A DNA stretch of 64,000 bases from Octopus bimaculoides (Eukaryota). The position numbers and the translations under genes are program-made. Location of the stretch: contig NC_068982.1 of the NCBI RefSeq assembly GCF_001194135.2, forward strand, positions 122,384,850 through 122,448,849. The letters are read 5' to 3'. The notes under the pieces were generated by a model. That model was not told where the DNA came from. It was given only the letters and a program-made list of their open reading frames with translations, and ran no database searches. Shown here in pieces: positions 40,991 through 54,445 of the stretch. Every line of letters starts with the position of its first letter. Within the stretch, counting starts at the first letter, position 1.

Positions 40991-41367
40991 CAAATCAAGG
41001 TTGATCCAAATCTAAAATAACAATGAAAAACCTCAATAGAGACTCATGACACATTAGAAATAGCAGTTAAATCTCTAAGTGGGCAAAAATGGAATAGCCA
41101 TGGCTTCTTCTTTTAATGACAGGCCTGCTTGCCGAATCAAGGTTGACTCCAAGATAAACATCAACAATTGCTGGAAAAGTCTATGAATGAATATATATAT
41201 ATCTCAATTTTGGGGCGTAAATAATCTTTAATTAAAAACCTTATAATAACTATACATAACACAGTGTTGCACAACTACTTTAATCCAATATATTAAATTT
41301 TTAACATTTCATTTAATATAAAATAAATTTATATATATATATAAGTAACATTGAAAGTCAAGCAATC

Positions 41368-41502
41368 TATATTTTTTCCTGGTGAAGGCCAGTTTATGGG
41401 GTTACCCTGGATTTCCTGTCCATAAAGAGTTTAACTTTATGGCGTATCGTCTGTTGGCCTATGACCAAGAGTAACCCCATAAACCGGCCTTCACCAGGAA
41501 GA

Positions 41503-41510
<8 letters not shown>
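41368..41510. mobile_element. TA-flanked MITE / foldback element
   Basis: TIR core TTCCTGGTGAAGGCCAGTTTATGGGGTTAC / GTAACCCCATAAACCGGCCTTCACCAGGAA (one mismatch in 30), internal palindrome CCATAAAG...CTTTATGG, abutting (TA)n on the right. Confidence 0.85.
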
Positions 41511-41536
<26 letters not shown>

Positions 41537-42926
41537 TAAAACTATGTATTACATGTAGCTCTAATTTTAATCTTGAATTCAATGAAAGAAGCCCATATTA
41601 CATAATGAGTTTTACAGTATTCTTCAATATTATAATTTTCAGTCTTAAAATTCTCCAAATCTGACTTAGCTAGCCGATACCAAGTCTTCAGCAAATTTCA
41701 ATCATAGGTACACTTGCAATCTATTTTGAATCATTACATCTTAAAGCCAACGTTTCTACACTCATGTTTGCCTATCCTATAACATCATACAATAGAGACA
41801 TCACAGGGTTTTATTGCTTTCAAAATTATACTCATTAGAAGATTTACCTTGGGCATTGTAAACTAACAGTGAACTTTATTTATAGGCAAATAAACAGAAG
41901 TGTTAGTTTTGGATAGAATACTTTGTGATATTTGTTCCAGCTTTCTGCACTTCCAGTTCAAATCCTGCTCAAGACAATTTTGCCTTTCATCCTTTTGATG
42001 TTGATAAAAATGTATCAATCTAGGGTATGGATTGGTAAAACTGTTAGGGAGTCAGGTGAGATAATTTGTGGTATGATTCGACATTTTGAATTCTTTAAGC
42101 AACACCTGTGATAATCCTAGTGTCAAGCAGTGTTAGCCCAAGTCAACAGCCTTTCCCTAGGATAAATATTAATGGTACAGAGAAGGGAGGATTGCATGCA
42201 TAGCACATGCATAGGCAAATGATAGTCTTCCTTAAAAAATCTTGTTCAGGTCTGCGTATACATAACCAACCTTGATTGAGGGAAATCCTACCTACTGTAA
42301 GTAACATATTTACAGCCTGAAATTATTGCCTTTGCAATGGACATAGTACAAATTTAGAGACAGGATATCACACCTCAACATTAATGCAGCCAATTCATTA
42401 ACTCCAGACAATTACACTCACACAAATTTATGTAAATATATTTTATTTATAACAACTGACTTAAAGAATTAGATATGACAGAGCACCAAATCTTTCTTGA
42501 ATCACTCCATTTATACTGAAAAGGGAGACATTTGACAGACTGAATGTGAATAAAAAGACAGGATTTTCACAGCTAGAATGCTTTGATCAGCTTGTCTACT
42601 CGGTCAGGGCTAGAGAACAAGCCTTTAAAATTTTTATCCAAAAATTTATTTGTCAATCAGGAAGGGATTTACTGTTAGCATAGAATATCATACAAGACTA
42701 GCTGGACACATCTCTTGACTGTAGTTTCAAGGGACTGCAAGAAACTGATAGGAAGTAGTTTGGACAAGTTCCGATCACTTTTTCTTTTATTTTTCACATG
42801 TTTCAGTCATTGATTACAGCCATGCTGAGGCACAACCTTGAAGAATTTTAGTTAAATGAAAGGCACTTATTCTATCAGTGTCTTTTGCTAAACTGCTAAG
42901 TTAGACATAAACACAGACACACACAC

Positions 42927-42967
<41 letters not shown>

Positions 42968-43678
42968 NNNNNNNNNNNNNNNNNNNNNNNNNNNNNNNNN
43001 NNNNNNNNNNNNNNNNNNNNNNNNNNNNNNNNNNNNNNNNNNNNNNNNNNNNNNNNNNNNNNNNNNNNNNNNNNNNNNNNNNNNNNNNNNNNNNNNNNNN
43101 NNNNNNNNNNNNNNNNNNNNNNNNNNNNNNNNNNNNNNNNNNNNNNNNNNNNNNNNNNNNNNNNNNNNNNNNNNNNNNNNNNNNNNNNNNNNNNNNNNNN
43201 NNNNNNNNNNNNNNNNNNNNNNNNNNNNNNNNNNNNNNNNNNNNNNNNNNNNNNNNNNNNNNNNNNNNNNNNNNNNNNNNNNNNNNNNNNNNNNNNNNNN
43301 NNNNNNNNNNNNNNNNNNNNNNNNNNNNNNNNNNNNNNNNNNNNNNNNNNNNNNNNNNNNNNNNNNNNNNNNNNNNNNNNNNNNNNNNNNNNNNNNNNNN
43401 NNNNNNNNNNNNNNNNNNNNNNNNNNNNNNNNNNNNNNNNNNNNNNNNNNNNNNNNNNNNNNNNNNNNNNNNNNNNNNNNNNNNNNNNNNNNNNNNNNNN
43501 NNNNNNNNNNNNNNNNNNNNNNNNNNNNNNNNNNNNNNNNNNNNNNNNNNNNNNNNNNNNNNNNNNNNNNNNNNNNNNNNNNNNNNNNNNNNNNNNNNNN
43601 NNNNNNNNNNNNNNNNNNNNNNNNNNNNNNNNNNNNNNNNNNNNNNNNNTATTAGTGCTTTCATTCGTTTCTCGAACT

Positions 43679-43715
<37 letters not shown>

Positions 43716-43718
<3 letters not shown>

Positions 43719-43965
43719 GAGAATTTACAAAAAAAACAACAGACAAAGACAGGTGGTGTAAACAACAAATGGATGTATTAGTTTAACGCTTGGGAATAGA
43801 GAAAGTCTTTGACGTTTCGAGCCTACGCTCTTCAACTGAAAGGAACACAGAAAGAAATAAGGAGAGAAACAAGGAGAAAAAAAATATAAATGTAGTGGTT
43901 AGCGATCTATCATGGCAAATGCCTGACAGAAGGATCACACAGGAGAGCTAAGAAAAAGGGGAGAT
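43716..43965 (-). mobile_element. Probable PLE terminal (pseudo-LTR) fragment with a degenerate hammerhead-like motif
   Basis: Adjacent to (TA)n. The minus strand contains GAAGAGCGTAGGCTCGAAACGTC (stem II GAGC/GCTC plus GAAAC), the pattern seen in PLE hammerhead regions, but there is no canonical CUGANGA. Confidence 0.45.
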
Positions 43966-43984
43966 AACAAACATACATACACAC

Positions 43985-44206
43985 ACTTTCTAGCATTTAA
44001 AGTGGTCATATCTGGCCCAAATATTCAACCTGTTTTAAGTTCAAACCAACCAGATTTGGCCTCTCATGCCTACCCTACAGTGTCATTCTAAAAGTGTACA
44101 ATTACATCATTTGAAGTCTTTGAAGCTAGAAGATAATACAAGATTAATTAAAAACAATGTGAATAAATAAGTATTGCATTGATAAAGTAATCTGAATGCT
44201 AAAGGG
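43985..44206. mobile_element. piggyBac-type MITE, second family
   Basis: Right end AATGCTAAAGGG|TTAA (44195-44210); decayed left end CTTTCTAGCATT. Confidence 0.7.
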
Positions 44207-46941
44207 TTAATAGAAACATTAATTTAGGATAAATAAAGACGTATGGTAAATTTATTGGTGTGATTGTGTTTTTAATAAAAACCAAATAGCACTTCTATTA
44301 TGTAATTTTACTACTTGGGACAAATCAATTTTGTTTCAGCTGAGTTTGTGTGCATTATAAATAGCTATACACTGGTATTCTCCCTGTAGTAGAAAAATGA
44401 GCAATCAAGAATGACACAATACAAAATTTAAAAAAAACACAGAAATTAGACAGGTCAGTCTCTTTTTCAGACCAGAGAGAGAAAAACATGGTTTAACATC
44501 AGTATCTACCTGTCATTGCAAAACTAAAAATGTATGTTTACTAAAAACACTCCATCTTTGTAAGTTTAAATCTTCCCATACACACACACAAAGGTAGAGA
44601 GAGAGAAGAGATAAGAGTGATAGAAATACAGAGGGAGTGAGATATAGAGACAGAATGTTATGTTGGCCAAGTGCCAAGTATGAACTAGAAGGTCAACATT
44701 GAAATCATTAATTCAGGACAATGTTTTCATAAGCACTGATTCCAGACATGAGGAAAAGTAACATGTCAGCAGCAATCTTTGTCAGCTACTAGTCAGGTAT
44801 GAAACTTTAATTTGGTGATCAGTTAAAATAAAGAGTCAAAAGGTTATTTGGGTCATAAATTGATTGTAGGGTTATTTGTGGAGGCCTTCCTTCTACGCTT
44901 TATCATAATTAAAAACTAATAATGTAGGGATCACTTTTTACTACCAAAACAGGATTTGAAACCTCTTAAAAAGCACAGGTTCAAAAAAAGCTATTTCAAA
45001 ATATTCAAACTGCACAAAGGTGTCCCTATGTGATTGATGGATCTGCTAAAAAAAAGCAACCAAATCTATATCAGAATTACATGTTATGTTCTTTAAAAAA
45101 AAAAAAAAGCGATGGCATTGGTGGTAGTCATGGTTAGAATGCTTTTGATATCTGCATACTTACTTGATCAGAGCTGAGCTGGGGTGAAACATTAACACAA
45201 CTATTCAAGCTTCATTATATAATATGTGATACTTTAATGATTATAACTCCTACCTTTCTATTACCTTTAGTATTTAACTTCATTATGAATCCAATTGCTA
45301 ATGATTTTCAGGTATTTGTTTATAGACATTCATAGTTTTGATTCCCAAACTAGACAGCAAGATGTGTTTTTTCCTGCTGCTCCAGTCCATTCAGCTGAAA
45401 ACGAATATCACTTACAGCTAGCAGGGTTAACCCTACAATGGAATGTCATCATGCTCTCTTATACATGTTGGAAACAAGGATAAGCTCTGGCCACATAAAC
45501 CTGTAAGCATGTAACAAACCAGACACCCTCTGATATTGTATGAAATTGCAAGGAAAAATGAAGATATTGACATATATTAAAGTAGTCAGGCTTCATAAAT
45601 TGTTAAAGGAAGATGTCTATACATAATACATTGATTGCCAGACAAAAATTACATCATTTTGGTGTTCCACGACATCTGAAGAATCTGACAAACTACAGTT
45701 TTCAACTAAATATGAAGCAAGTTCTATTGTATTCCAGCAAATTCAGGAGGAAAATAATGCTAAAAATGAGTTTCAAATTATAAATAATTGTATGTTAACG
45801 ATAAACAATATACTGGAGAGCTTCACTTTTTGCAACTATGAATCTGAAAATTTCACTAAAAGCTATAGTGAACTTCCTACATTTGATACCTTGGTATTTA
45901 TATCAGAGATTTTGATCGAAACTTCACTCAAAATAATGGTTTATTTGGATGAGTAAATATATGTGGAACTTTGCACAGTGTTTGTAGACTGGCAATAAAA
46001 GAGATTTTTGGTAATATGGGTTAGCTTCTTTACCAAGTCTTACCAATATTAAATTGAAATATAAATCTAATTTCAGGTTTCATACATATTAATTATCAGA
46101 AAACTCATACTAAAGCTATTTTATTCAAGAATAAGTATTTTATACATTTCCTTTAATATATCTCAAGTGATTTTTATAGTTTTGTATCGAAAGAATAGAA
46201 AATTAATAACAGAATTTTTTACAATGTAAATTCTTTAAGAAATGCATTTCCCCACAAGATGCTCTAAAATTGCACAGAAACACAGGTCAAAATATATAAA
46301 TTAAGAGCAGGCTAACACAATACAGTGATCCTCAAAGAATCTTCAATCAATGAAAATTGTACAATTAATGACAAGGATAATCCTTAATGTAAATGACAAA
46401 GTCTTGTAAAAAAAAAAATCAAATTATTTAAAAATTAAATGGAGAAAAGCAGTGACTGGATGCGGTCTTTAGTAGGTATGGTGACAACTCCACCTCCTAC
46501 ACAAAATAGTCTGTTATACATCTATCAGATTTCAAAATGACTTCAGAAGTTATAATTTAATGAAAATTATTCCTTGATTAGACAACAAATAGTAACTACA
46601 TGGAAAGATCTTGCTCTTACTTCATTTTGTCTTAATCACAAAGCTATATATTGATAAACAGTAATATAAATGAAGTGCACTAGCTTCAACCAAGAATAGC
46701 AATTAATTTTCAGACTCCCCCATAGACACATTTTATATTATAGTATCATCAATGCAATGCCCTTCAACAGTAGGAATTTATTCATTTACATAAAGCAACA
46801 TAATAGATGACATGTCATTAACAGTTTGTACCTTTTAAAAAGAAGTTTCATAAAACTGCCACAATAATTATATAGCTTTTAAGAACGTTGCTATATTTAC
46901 ATAGCTAATAGTTTGTAGTAACTAGTACGTGTGTTGCTAGC

Positions 46942-48409
46942 ATAAAGTTCAAGACAGGTTGCCCCTGGGAGCTCCTCTATGCTGATGACCTTGCCCTAAT
47001 TGCGGAGTCACTATCAGAACTAGAGGAGAAGTTTCAGGTGTGGAAGCAAGGTCTAGAATTGAAGGGCCTTAGAGTCAACCTAGCTAAAACCAAAATCCTA
47101 ATAAGTAGGAAGGTAGATAAAACACAAACCCCTTCAGGTAGATGGCCCTGCTCAGTATGTAGAAAAGGAGTAGGTAGTAACTCTATAAGATGTACCCGGT
47201 GCAAGCTATGGACACATAAGAGGTGCAGCAACATCAAAGGCAGGTTAACTAGCAAGTTAGTTTTTGTTTGTGGCAGATGTTCAGGTGCAATAAAGACTGC
47301 AAACAAACAGGAAACAACTTCNNNNNNNNNNNNNNNNNNNNNNNNNNNNNNNNNNNNNNNNNNNNNNNNNNNNNNNNNNNNNNNNNNNNNNNNNNNNNNN
47401 NNNNNNNNNNNNNNNNNNNNNNNNNNNNNNNNNNNNNNNNNNNNNNNNNNNNNNNNNNNNNNNNNNNNNNNNNNNNNNNNNNNNNNNNNNNNNNNNNNNN
47501 NNNNNNNNNNNNNNNNNNNNNNNNNNNNNNNNNNNNNNNNNNNNNNNNNNNNNNNNNNNNNNNNNNNNNNNNNNNNNNNNNNNNNNNNNNNNNNNNNNNN
47601 NNNNNNNNNNNNNNNNNNNNNNNNNNNNNNNNNNNNNNNNNNNNNNNNNNNNNNNNNNNNNNNNNNNNNNNNNNNNNNNNNNNNNNNNNNNNNNNNNNNN
47701 NNNNNNNNNNNNNNNNNNNNNNNNNNNNNNNNNNNNNNNNNNNNNNNNNNNNNNNNNNNNNNNNNNNNNNNNNNNNNNNNNNNNNNNNNNNNNNNNNNNN
47801 NNNNNNNNNNNNNNNNNNNNNNNNNNNNNNNNNNNNNNNNNNNNNNNNNNNNNNNNNNNNNNNNNNNNNNNNNNNNNNNNNNNNNNNNNNNNNNNNNNNN
47901 NNNNNNNNNNNNNNNNNNNNNNNNNNNNNNNNNNNNNNNNNNNNNNNNNNNNNNNNNNNNNNNNNNNNNNNNNNNNNNNNNNNNNNNNNNNNNNNNNNNN
48001 NNNNNNNNNNNNNNNNNNNNNNNNNNNNNNNNNNNNNNNNNNNNNNNNNNNNNNNNNNNNNNNNNNNNNNNNNNNNNNNNNNNNNNNNNNNNNNNNNNNN
48101 NNNNNNNNNNNNNNNNNNNNNNNNNNNNNNNNNNNNNNNNNNNNNNNNNNNNNNNNNNNNNNNNNNNNNNNNNNCGGGTGGCACATAAAAGACACCATTT
48201 CGAGCGTGGCCGTTTTCGTGCGGGTGACACGTAAAAGCACCCACTACACTCTCTGAGTGGTTGGCGTTAGGAAGGGCATCCAGCTGTAGAAACTCTGCCA
48301 AATCAGACTGGAGCCTGGTGTTGCCATCCGGTTTCACCAGTCCTCAGTCAAATCGTCCAACCCATGCTAGCATGGAAAGCGGACGTTAAACGATGATGAT
48401 GATGATGAT
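46942..48409 (+). mobile_element. Young 5'-truncated RTE-clade LINE (RT catalytic motif, PHD-like finger, 3' UTR; middle in gap)
   Basis: Open frame KFKTGCPWELLYADDLALIAESLSELEEKFQVWKQGLELKGLRVNLAKTK (YADD at 46978-46989), then a C4HC3 motif at 47149-47280. After the gap comes the 3' UTR and a (GAT)n tail. Confidence 0.95.
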
Positions 48410-49354
48410 ATATGACCACAGCCTCTGGTTGAAACCAATAATAAAAAAATACACACACTTAAAAAAAAAATTCTAAAGCAACTCTTGCATTAGAACATAG
48501 CCTGTTTTAAATTATGTAATATATCTGCAGATAATTTTATGTCCTTTTGGTTACTAGGCTCCTAGTTTTAAACTAACCTAGAACACTACACATTCAACAA
48601 TAAGATAATTGAGAATAACTGGAGTTTGAAGCAACTGAAACAATGTAAAAGCAAACAATGTGAGACTAATAGTCCCCACCAAAATAAGAGTAACTCATCT
48701 CGAAACTTAAAGATATTTTAAGGTGAACTCCAGGTTTCTCAGTTATTTCAAGATTGATTACCTTGTAAAAAAATCTATTCAAAACTGGTGTGAAAATTCA
48801 ATTGAAATCAATGGTTCCCAAAATAGATGCCCTACTAAAAGTTTATAGCTGTTCCTTTGAAATTTCTTATGTTTAATATCTTTCTTCTATAGTGTTGTGT
48901 GACCTACTATTCTAGATAATACCGTATGATAGGGAGTAACAAGTGTAGTAGACAGTAGGAAGAAATGTCTGAGGAATTGCTGAGTTAAACAGTTTGTGTT
49001 GTATCTTTTTAAATGTCCCTAGTTTGAGAGAAAAACCATTGTTTCTCAAATATATATATATATAATACACTCACCTAATGAATAAAGAAATTCAGTCTTA
49101 CAACATAAGTAGATCACTATTTAGCATTACTAATGTAGCAGAAAAACTGTATTTGACACAAAAGCCCTGTTGATCCTGGTAAAGATTCCAGTATGAAAAA
49201 AAGAATGTTATAATGAATACTAACTAATCAAGAAACAAAAATTGTATCCGCTATAAAAAAATAAAATTATTTTAGAATTTAAATATGGTATTGTCCAATA
49301 TCTGAGACAATAGTGTACTCATTTCTGATGAAAAGACTGCCTGTGTTGTAGTAC

Positions 49355-49752
49355 AGTCTTAATAAGTAGGAAGGCAGACAAATCACAAATCTCTGTTCGA
49401 TCTGTAGAAAAGGAATAGGTAGAAACTCCATAAGATGTACCCAGTGTAAGCTATGGACACATAAGAGGTGCAGCAATATCAAAGAAAGGCTAACTGCAAA
49501 GATAGTTTTTGTGTGTGGCAAATGCTCAGAGGCAATGAACACTGAAAATGTGCAGAAAACAGCTTCCGTCACATGCCAGGGGAAAAAACTAGTAGTTGAT
49601 AGCTTCTGTTACCTACGTGACCAAGTCAGTAGTGGGGCGGTAGAAATTTTGCCAGATCAAATTGGAGCCTGGTACAGCCTTCTAGCTTGCCAGTCCTCAG
49701 TCAAACCGTACAACCAATGCCAGCATGAAAAACAGATGTTAAATGATGATGA
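49355..49752 (+). mobile_element. Internally deleted RTE fragment (PHD-like region joined to 3' tail)
   Basis: CSICRKGIGRNSIRCTQCKLWTHKRCSNIKERLTAKIVFVCGKC...VVDSFCYLRDQVSSG, then a direct jump at about 49637 to GTAGAAATTTTGCCAGATC and the GAT tail. Confidence 0.9.
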
Positions 49753-49962
49753 GATTTTAGGGGGGTTTAATAAAATATCAATAACTTTTATATCTATTGG
49801 TTTATTATACTTGGTCTTGACCAACTGAAGTATCACATATATTACATATAATCACTTACGTACAGGCAGTTGCAGGTAAGCTAATATTTAGTTTCAATCA
49901 AGTTCTGAGTTCAAATTCCACAGGAGTCAATAAAATATCAACTTGTAAATTTAACTGACTAC

Positions 49963-50257
49963 ATTCGAGCGAGGTCATTGCCAATGCCACTGGACTGGCT
50001 CCCGTGCAGGTGCCACGTAAAAACACCATTTGAGCATGGCTGTTGCCAGTACTGCCAGACTGGTTCTCGTGCTGGTGGCATGTAAAAGCACCCACTACAC
50101 ACTCAGAGTGATGGGTGTCAGGAAGGGCATCCAGCTGTAGGAACTCTGCCAGGTCAGATTGAAGCCTGGTGCAGTCATCTGGTTCGCCAGTCCTCAGTCA
50201 AATCATCCAACCCATGCTAGCATGGAAAGCGGACATTAAATGATGATGATGATGATG
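49963..50257 (+). mobile_element. RTE 3' UTR fragment with two internal repeat units
   Basis: Two ~64-bp units each ending ..CA(C/T)GTAAAA.CACC, then AGGAAGGGCATCCAGCTGTAG and a (GAT)n tail. Confidence 0.92.
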
Positions 50258-53200
50258 CTCTTCTGCACAGGACATTATTTTTCTACCTAGGTAAATAAAC
50301 TTAGAATATTTCAAAATAATAAATTAATAAATTGACACTTATTAGATAATTTTAAGAGATAACTACTATGGCATGGTTGGTGTTAAGCTTTTATAGTCAG
50401 GTACATCATGATTTTTGGTTTGTCTTGACAGCTATGTCACATGACTTTAATCAGTGGTAGGTGATAGGAGAAAAGTGGGTTTGGGATGGATAAACAATAA
50501 TCAAATGGTTGATGCATAGATAATCTGTATATTTCAAGATAAGAAAAACTGAAAAAGTACATGGATATTTTAATCATAAAATATGAATATACTGATACAG
50601 TTTACATTACTTTTTGTCTGACACAGTTTCTCAACTACTATACATCAGGTGTACACCATGGCAATTAGAAGCAAAACTACACTAGTCAGATAGGTCATAT
50701 GGACAATGGATAAACTTGCAGTGGCTCAAGCAAAGGCTAACTAACACCACTCGGACAGTCATTTAGCTCCAAGTCAACTGTGATCATCCAATCTTGTATA
50801 CCAAGAACTACTTTCTATTATGCATCTTTTGTTTTTAAGTGGTACAGTATGATTTAAAGAAGATTTGTTATTTTTGCCAGGTCAAACAAAAACAGAGACT
50901 CTCAGTGGCATAGCTAAAGTGTATGTTGCCTTTGAGTTTGCCATCCCTCCATCTGCTTATATAGCAGATCCAAAAGAGCCGTCTCCATAAAAGTGATACC
51001 CAGAGCAAACTGCCCCACTCATCACTATGTTACTGTCCTTTGTTGGCTCATACTGGAAGCTGGTTACATTTGACTTTGACCAGAAAATTGTTTAGTGAAA
51101 CACTTAGCTACAAGTAGTCTACATGAAATATTTTAAAATACACTGTCGGAGACTATAAGCAGCTTGATTTAGTTTGGGAAGATGTTGAACAAAATCATGC
51201 CAGTTAAAGTAAAATAGCTACAGTAAAGTGTTTAAATGTGTTTAGATTTTGATATGTTAACCACTACAAGACTTCACTACTGGATGTTTTTTTCACTGTG
51301 TATATGTATGCTGTTGGTAATGTCATTTGTGGTATATCTTTCTGTAGACAATAAAAGTTACTCATCTCTGTTGAAGGGATTAATGGTTTAGACCTCTTGT
51401 AATCTTAGATGTCCAATTCAAACAACCATGAAATCGTTACCTTTGCTCTTAATGATTTTTGAAGCTTTGAATTTTAATAACCTTATTCTCCAAATAATCT
51501 ATATGAATGTTCAAAAGGATAGGGTGGAGTGCAATTCCTTGGAGAACATAGCTTTTGGATTTTGTTGCTTTTGAGAAATCGTTTGCTGACAATATACTGT
51601 TTTCAGTTCGTCAGAAAATTATTTATTCGACGTATCATGGTGAATAAATTTTTATAATTACAGTTATGTAAGAATTCTATATATTAATGGTAAAAACAAT
51701 TTTCGCTGACGTACGTGGACACAAACCAGATCATAAATTCACAACACCTGTCCATTATTAGGGAAAGGACAGAAAATATTGTCACTAATCTGGGCGTTTT
51801 ACAGACACTCCTTCTAACTGTTTAAAATATTATATTTACAGCATAACTATGTTTTAACAAATGTTTAAATATGTTTTAAGCGATATAATTATTTTAAACA
51901 TCGCTAATGTTAGAGAAATACTTGCAATGGGTGTCATAAAAAAAAAATGCATTCAAATGAGAAAATGGCGGGGAAAACAAAAATCGTCTGCTTGCCAATA
52001 TAACACAAAAATAGGGAAGGTCAGACATTCCGAAACTGCTGTGAAACTTTAAGACAACCTTTGCATTTTTACTCAGTGAAAGTAATGCAATGTGCCAGAG
52101 ATCCCTTGTTTATGGAAATAAGGCAAGTACCAGCAAGTAATGTCCCGGTGCCCTTTTTAATGGCAATTATCTTAGTTACCAGATATTTCTTTCATTCGAA
52201 TGCAAAATAAACTCTAAAGTGAATAGTATAAAACATTTCGGCTTCACTGTTAGCAGGCAAAATATCCGCCAAGTGCCCAGGAACATACCAACACACTTGC
52301 TGGCCTGATCTACATCAATCGAAAGGAACCAATACAGGAACTTCTATGTAGCCACAAGAGATATAAGCTAAATCTCCCTGATATTACATCTATCATCATG
52401 AAAAGGAGAAAGGCACATCGACGATGAACTCCTAAATCTGCGAAAAGACGAGAGGATATTGGCTGGAACGCCTTTACTTATTGGTGTGCTCGAATCAAAA
52501 CTCTCCTAGGAGTTAACCAACAATCTAAAATGAAATATGTTAAATGAAATAATCAGTAACATCCTGGTGCCAAACCAGTCAACATAATTAGCCCAACAAT
52601 TGCTTAATGTCTAACAGGATTATAATATATTATTTTAGGGGAAATTTTTGTAAAATAAACTAAAAAGTCCCTTGTGTAAACTGGTTTCGTTGGAGACCCT
52701 TAAGAAAAAAAAAACAAAACAAAAAACAACAGTTGGTATGGATAATTGTGCTACGTAACTTTTGATCATTATCTTAGAGACAATTGAAATATATATCTTG
52801 AGAATAACTTGCTTTTTCTTTTTTAACATGAAAACCATCTGGAGATAGAACCAGGCTTGGCGCCTTTTTTTTTATAAGTACGATTAAAGTGTGGTAACAT
52901 TGGGATCCCAAAAGCTCTCTCATAAGGTGTCTGTGTACAAACCCTATTCAATCCTAAATAATTTTACCTAAAAAAAGTGCTGTCAAAATCTTTAGAAAAC
53001 AGGACTGGGAATAAGATTTGAGAATAGAGATGCAATAAGCAAAATGAAAGGGAGTTAGGTTTCGGAGCAACGCGTAAAATAAAGGGGTAATCTAACAGAT
53101 TTTAGTTTCACACACGTGTGTATGCATACTTGTACACGTTCATACAAGTATTGAATTGTTTTATTCGCTGATTGTTTTAATGGGACAAGATTATTTTCAA

Positions 53201-54363
53201 TATATCAGATTTCGTTTAAATTAAAAATACTCTAACACCAAAGTCATCCAAAAGTAAAAAAAAAAAAATTCTACTTAAAACGGTTAAAAAGCATAGTTCG
53301 TTTCTTATCAGAGAAAAAAAAAGGCAGGTCATCAGAAGCACATTCATGTGTCGACAAGTGTCAGTAGATAAGAACGACGACATTGTCATTTACGTTGCCA
53401 GGTGTCATTTGCTCATACAAGCTCACCTGATCTAAGTAATACCTGGTTGAGTTCTCTCATGGGGACATAAACCATGTTATCCCAAGTCGAAATGTCTAGT
53501 ATGCGACAAGGTGATAAGCCCTGCCAATATTTCTTGTCCCTAAATACGCACAATCAATACTTATTAGACAGTGCATACTTAAACCGTATGGAAGGTGTAT
53601 TACTTTATAGTTACGTCCTTTAACAGTTCGAAGTGTAAGTAAATATTTTGGAATAAATTCACAAATTAAAGAGAGCAACATTTAAGCAAAATCAGCACAC
53701 ATTTGTTTTTATAAAAAGTTAGGCCTAATGGATATAGGCTGGTCCTCTTTAACGGGGTTACAAAAGAATGAATAAACTGCGTGTTAGTTTAGCTAATCAC
53801 AAAAATGAATTGAGGATTGCAAAAAAAGAGAAATATATTTTTCGATGAAATAACCAGAAGTATATGTGTATGATTTAAAAATTTCACTTTTCAGACTACT
53901 TTTAAAACTTTGAATCTTTACATTTTTTAAAAAACTTAAATCTTTGATTACAGAGCTTCACACACACACAGAAGTGTGTTTTCCAATAACTATATAAAAC
54001 CACAGTTAACAAATCAGTGTGGAAAAAAGTTTTAAAAGCCTGGAGGTGAGATTATATACCTGGAAATGTTCACACACACACACACATACACGCAGGATAA
54101 ACTTAAATAGCGCACAAGTAATGTTTAAAGACAGTAAACTATATACTATAAAAATTACAAAAAAAACAAGTTTTGAAACAAAGACAATCGCGTCACGTAC
54201 GGAAACCGAAAAATAAAAAATATAATTCACTTTCATTTATAAAGGTTGAAAAAAAAAAGAGAAAAATAAAAAATATACTAGAAAGGTATAAAAGTCACAA
54301 CTCTTATAATCATAAGCCTGTTAACTAATAAAATTTATGGTTTGATTTTTCGGTAAAAATTAA

Positions 54364-54401
<38 letters not shown>

Positions 54402-54415
54402 TTTCTTCTACTTAC

Positions 54416-54445
54416 CTTTATCCAAAGTTCGAATTCTGGTATCAT
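54416..54445 (-). CDS. Clic: Probable first coding exon of a CLIC-family chloride intracellular channel (MIPEFELWIK)
   Basis: ATG at 54445-54443 gives ATG ATA CCA GAA TTC GAA CTT TGG ATA AAG, then the consensus donor GTAAGT (phase 0). The peptide matches the CLIC N-terminal strand P-x-x-E-L-F/W/I-x-K (human CLIC1 PQVELFVK, Drosophila Clic PEIELIIK). As I recall, vertebrate CLIC intron 1 also falls right after this K. Only 10 codons are visible and no downstream exon was found. Confidence 0.55.
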
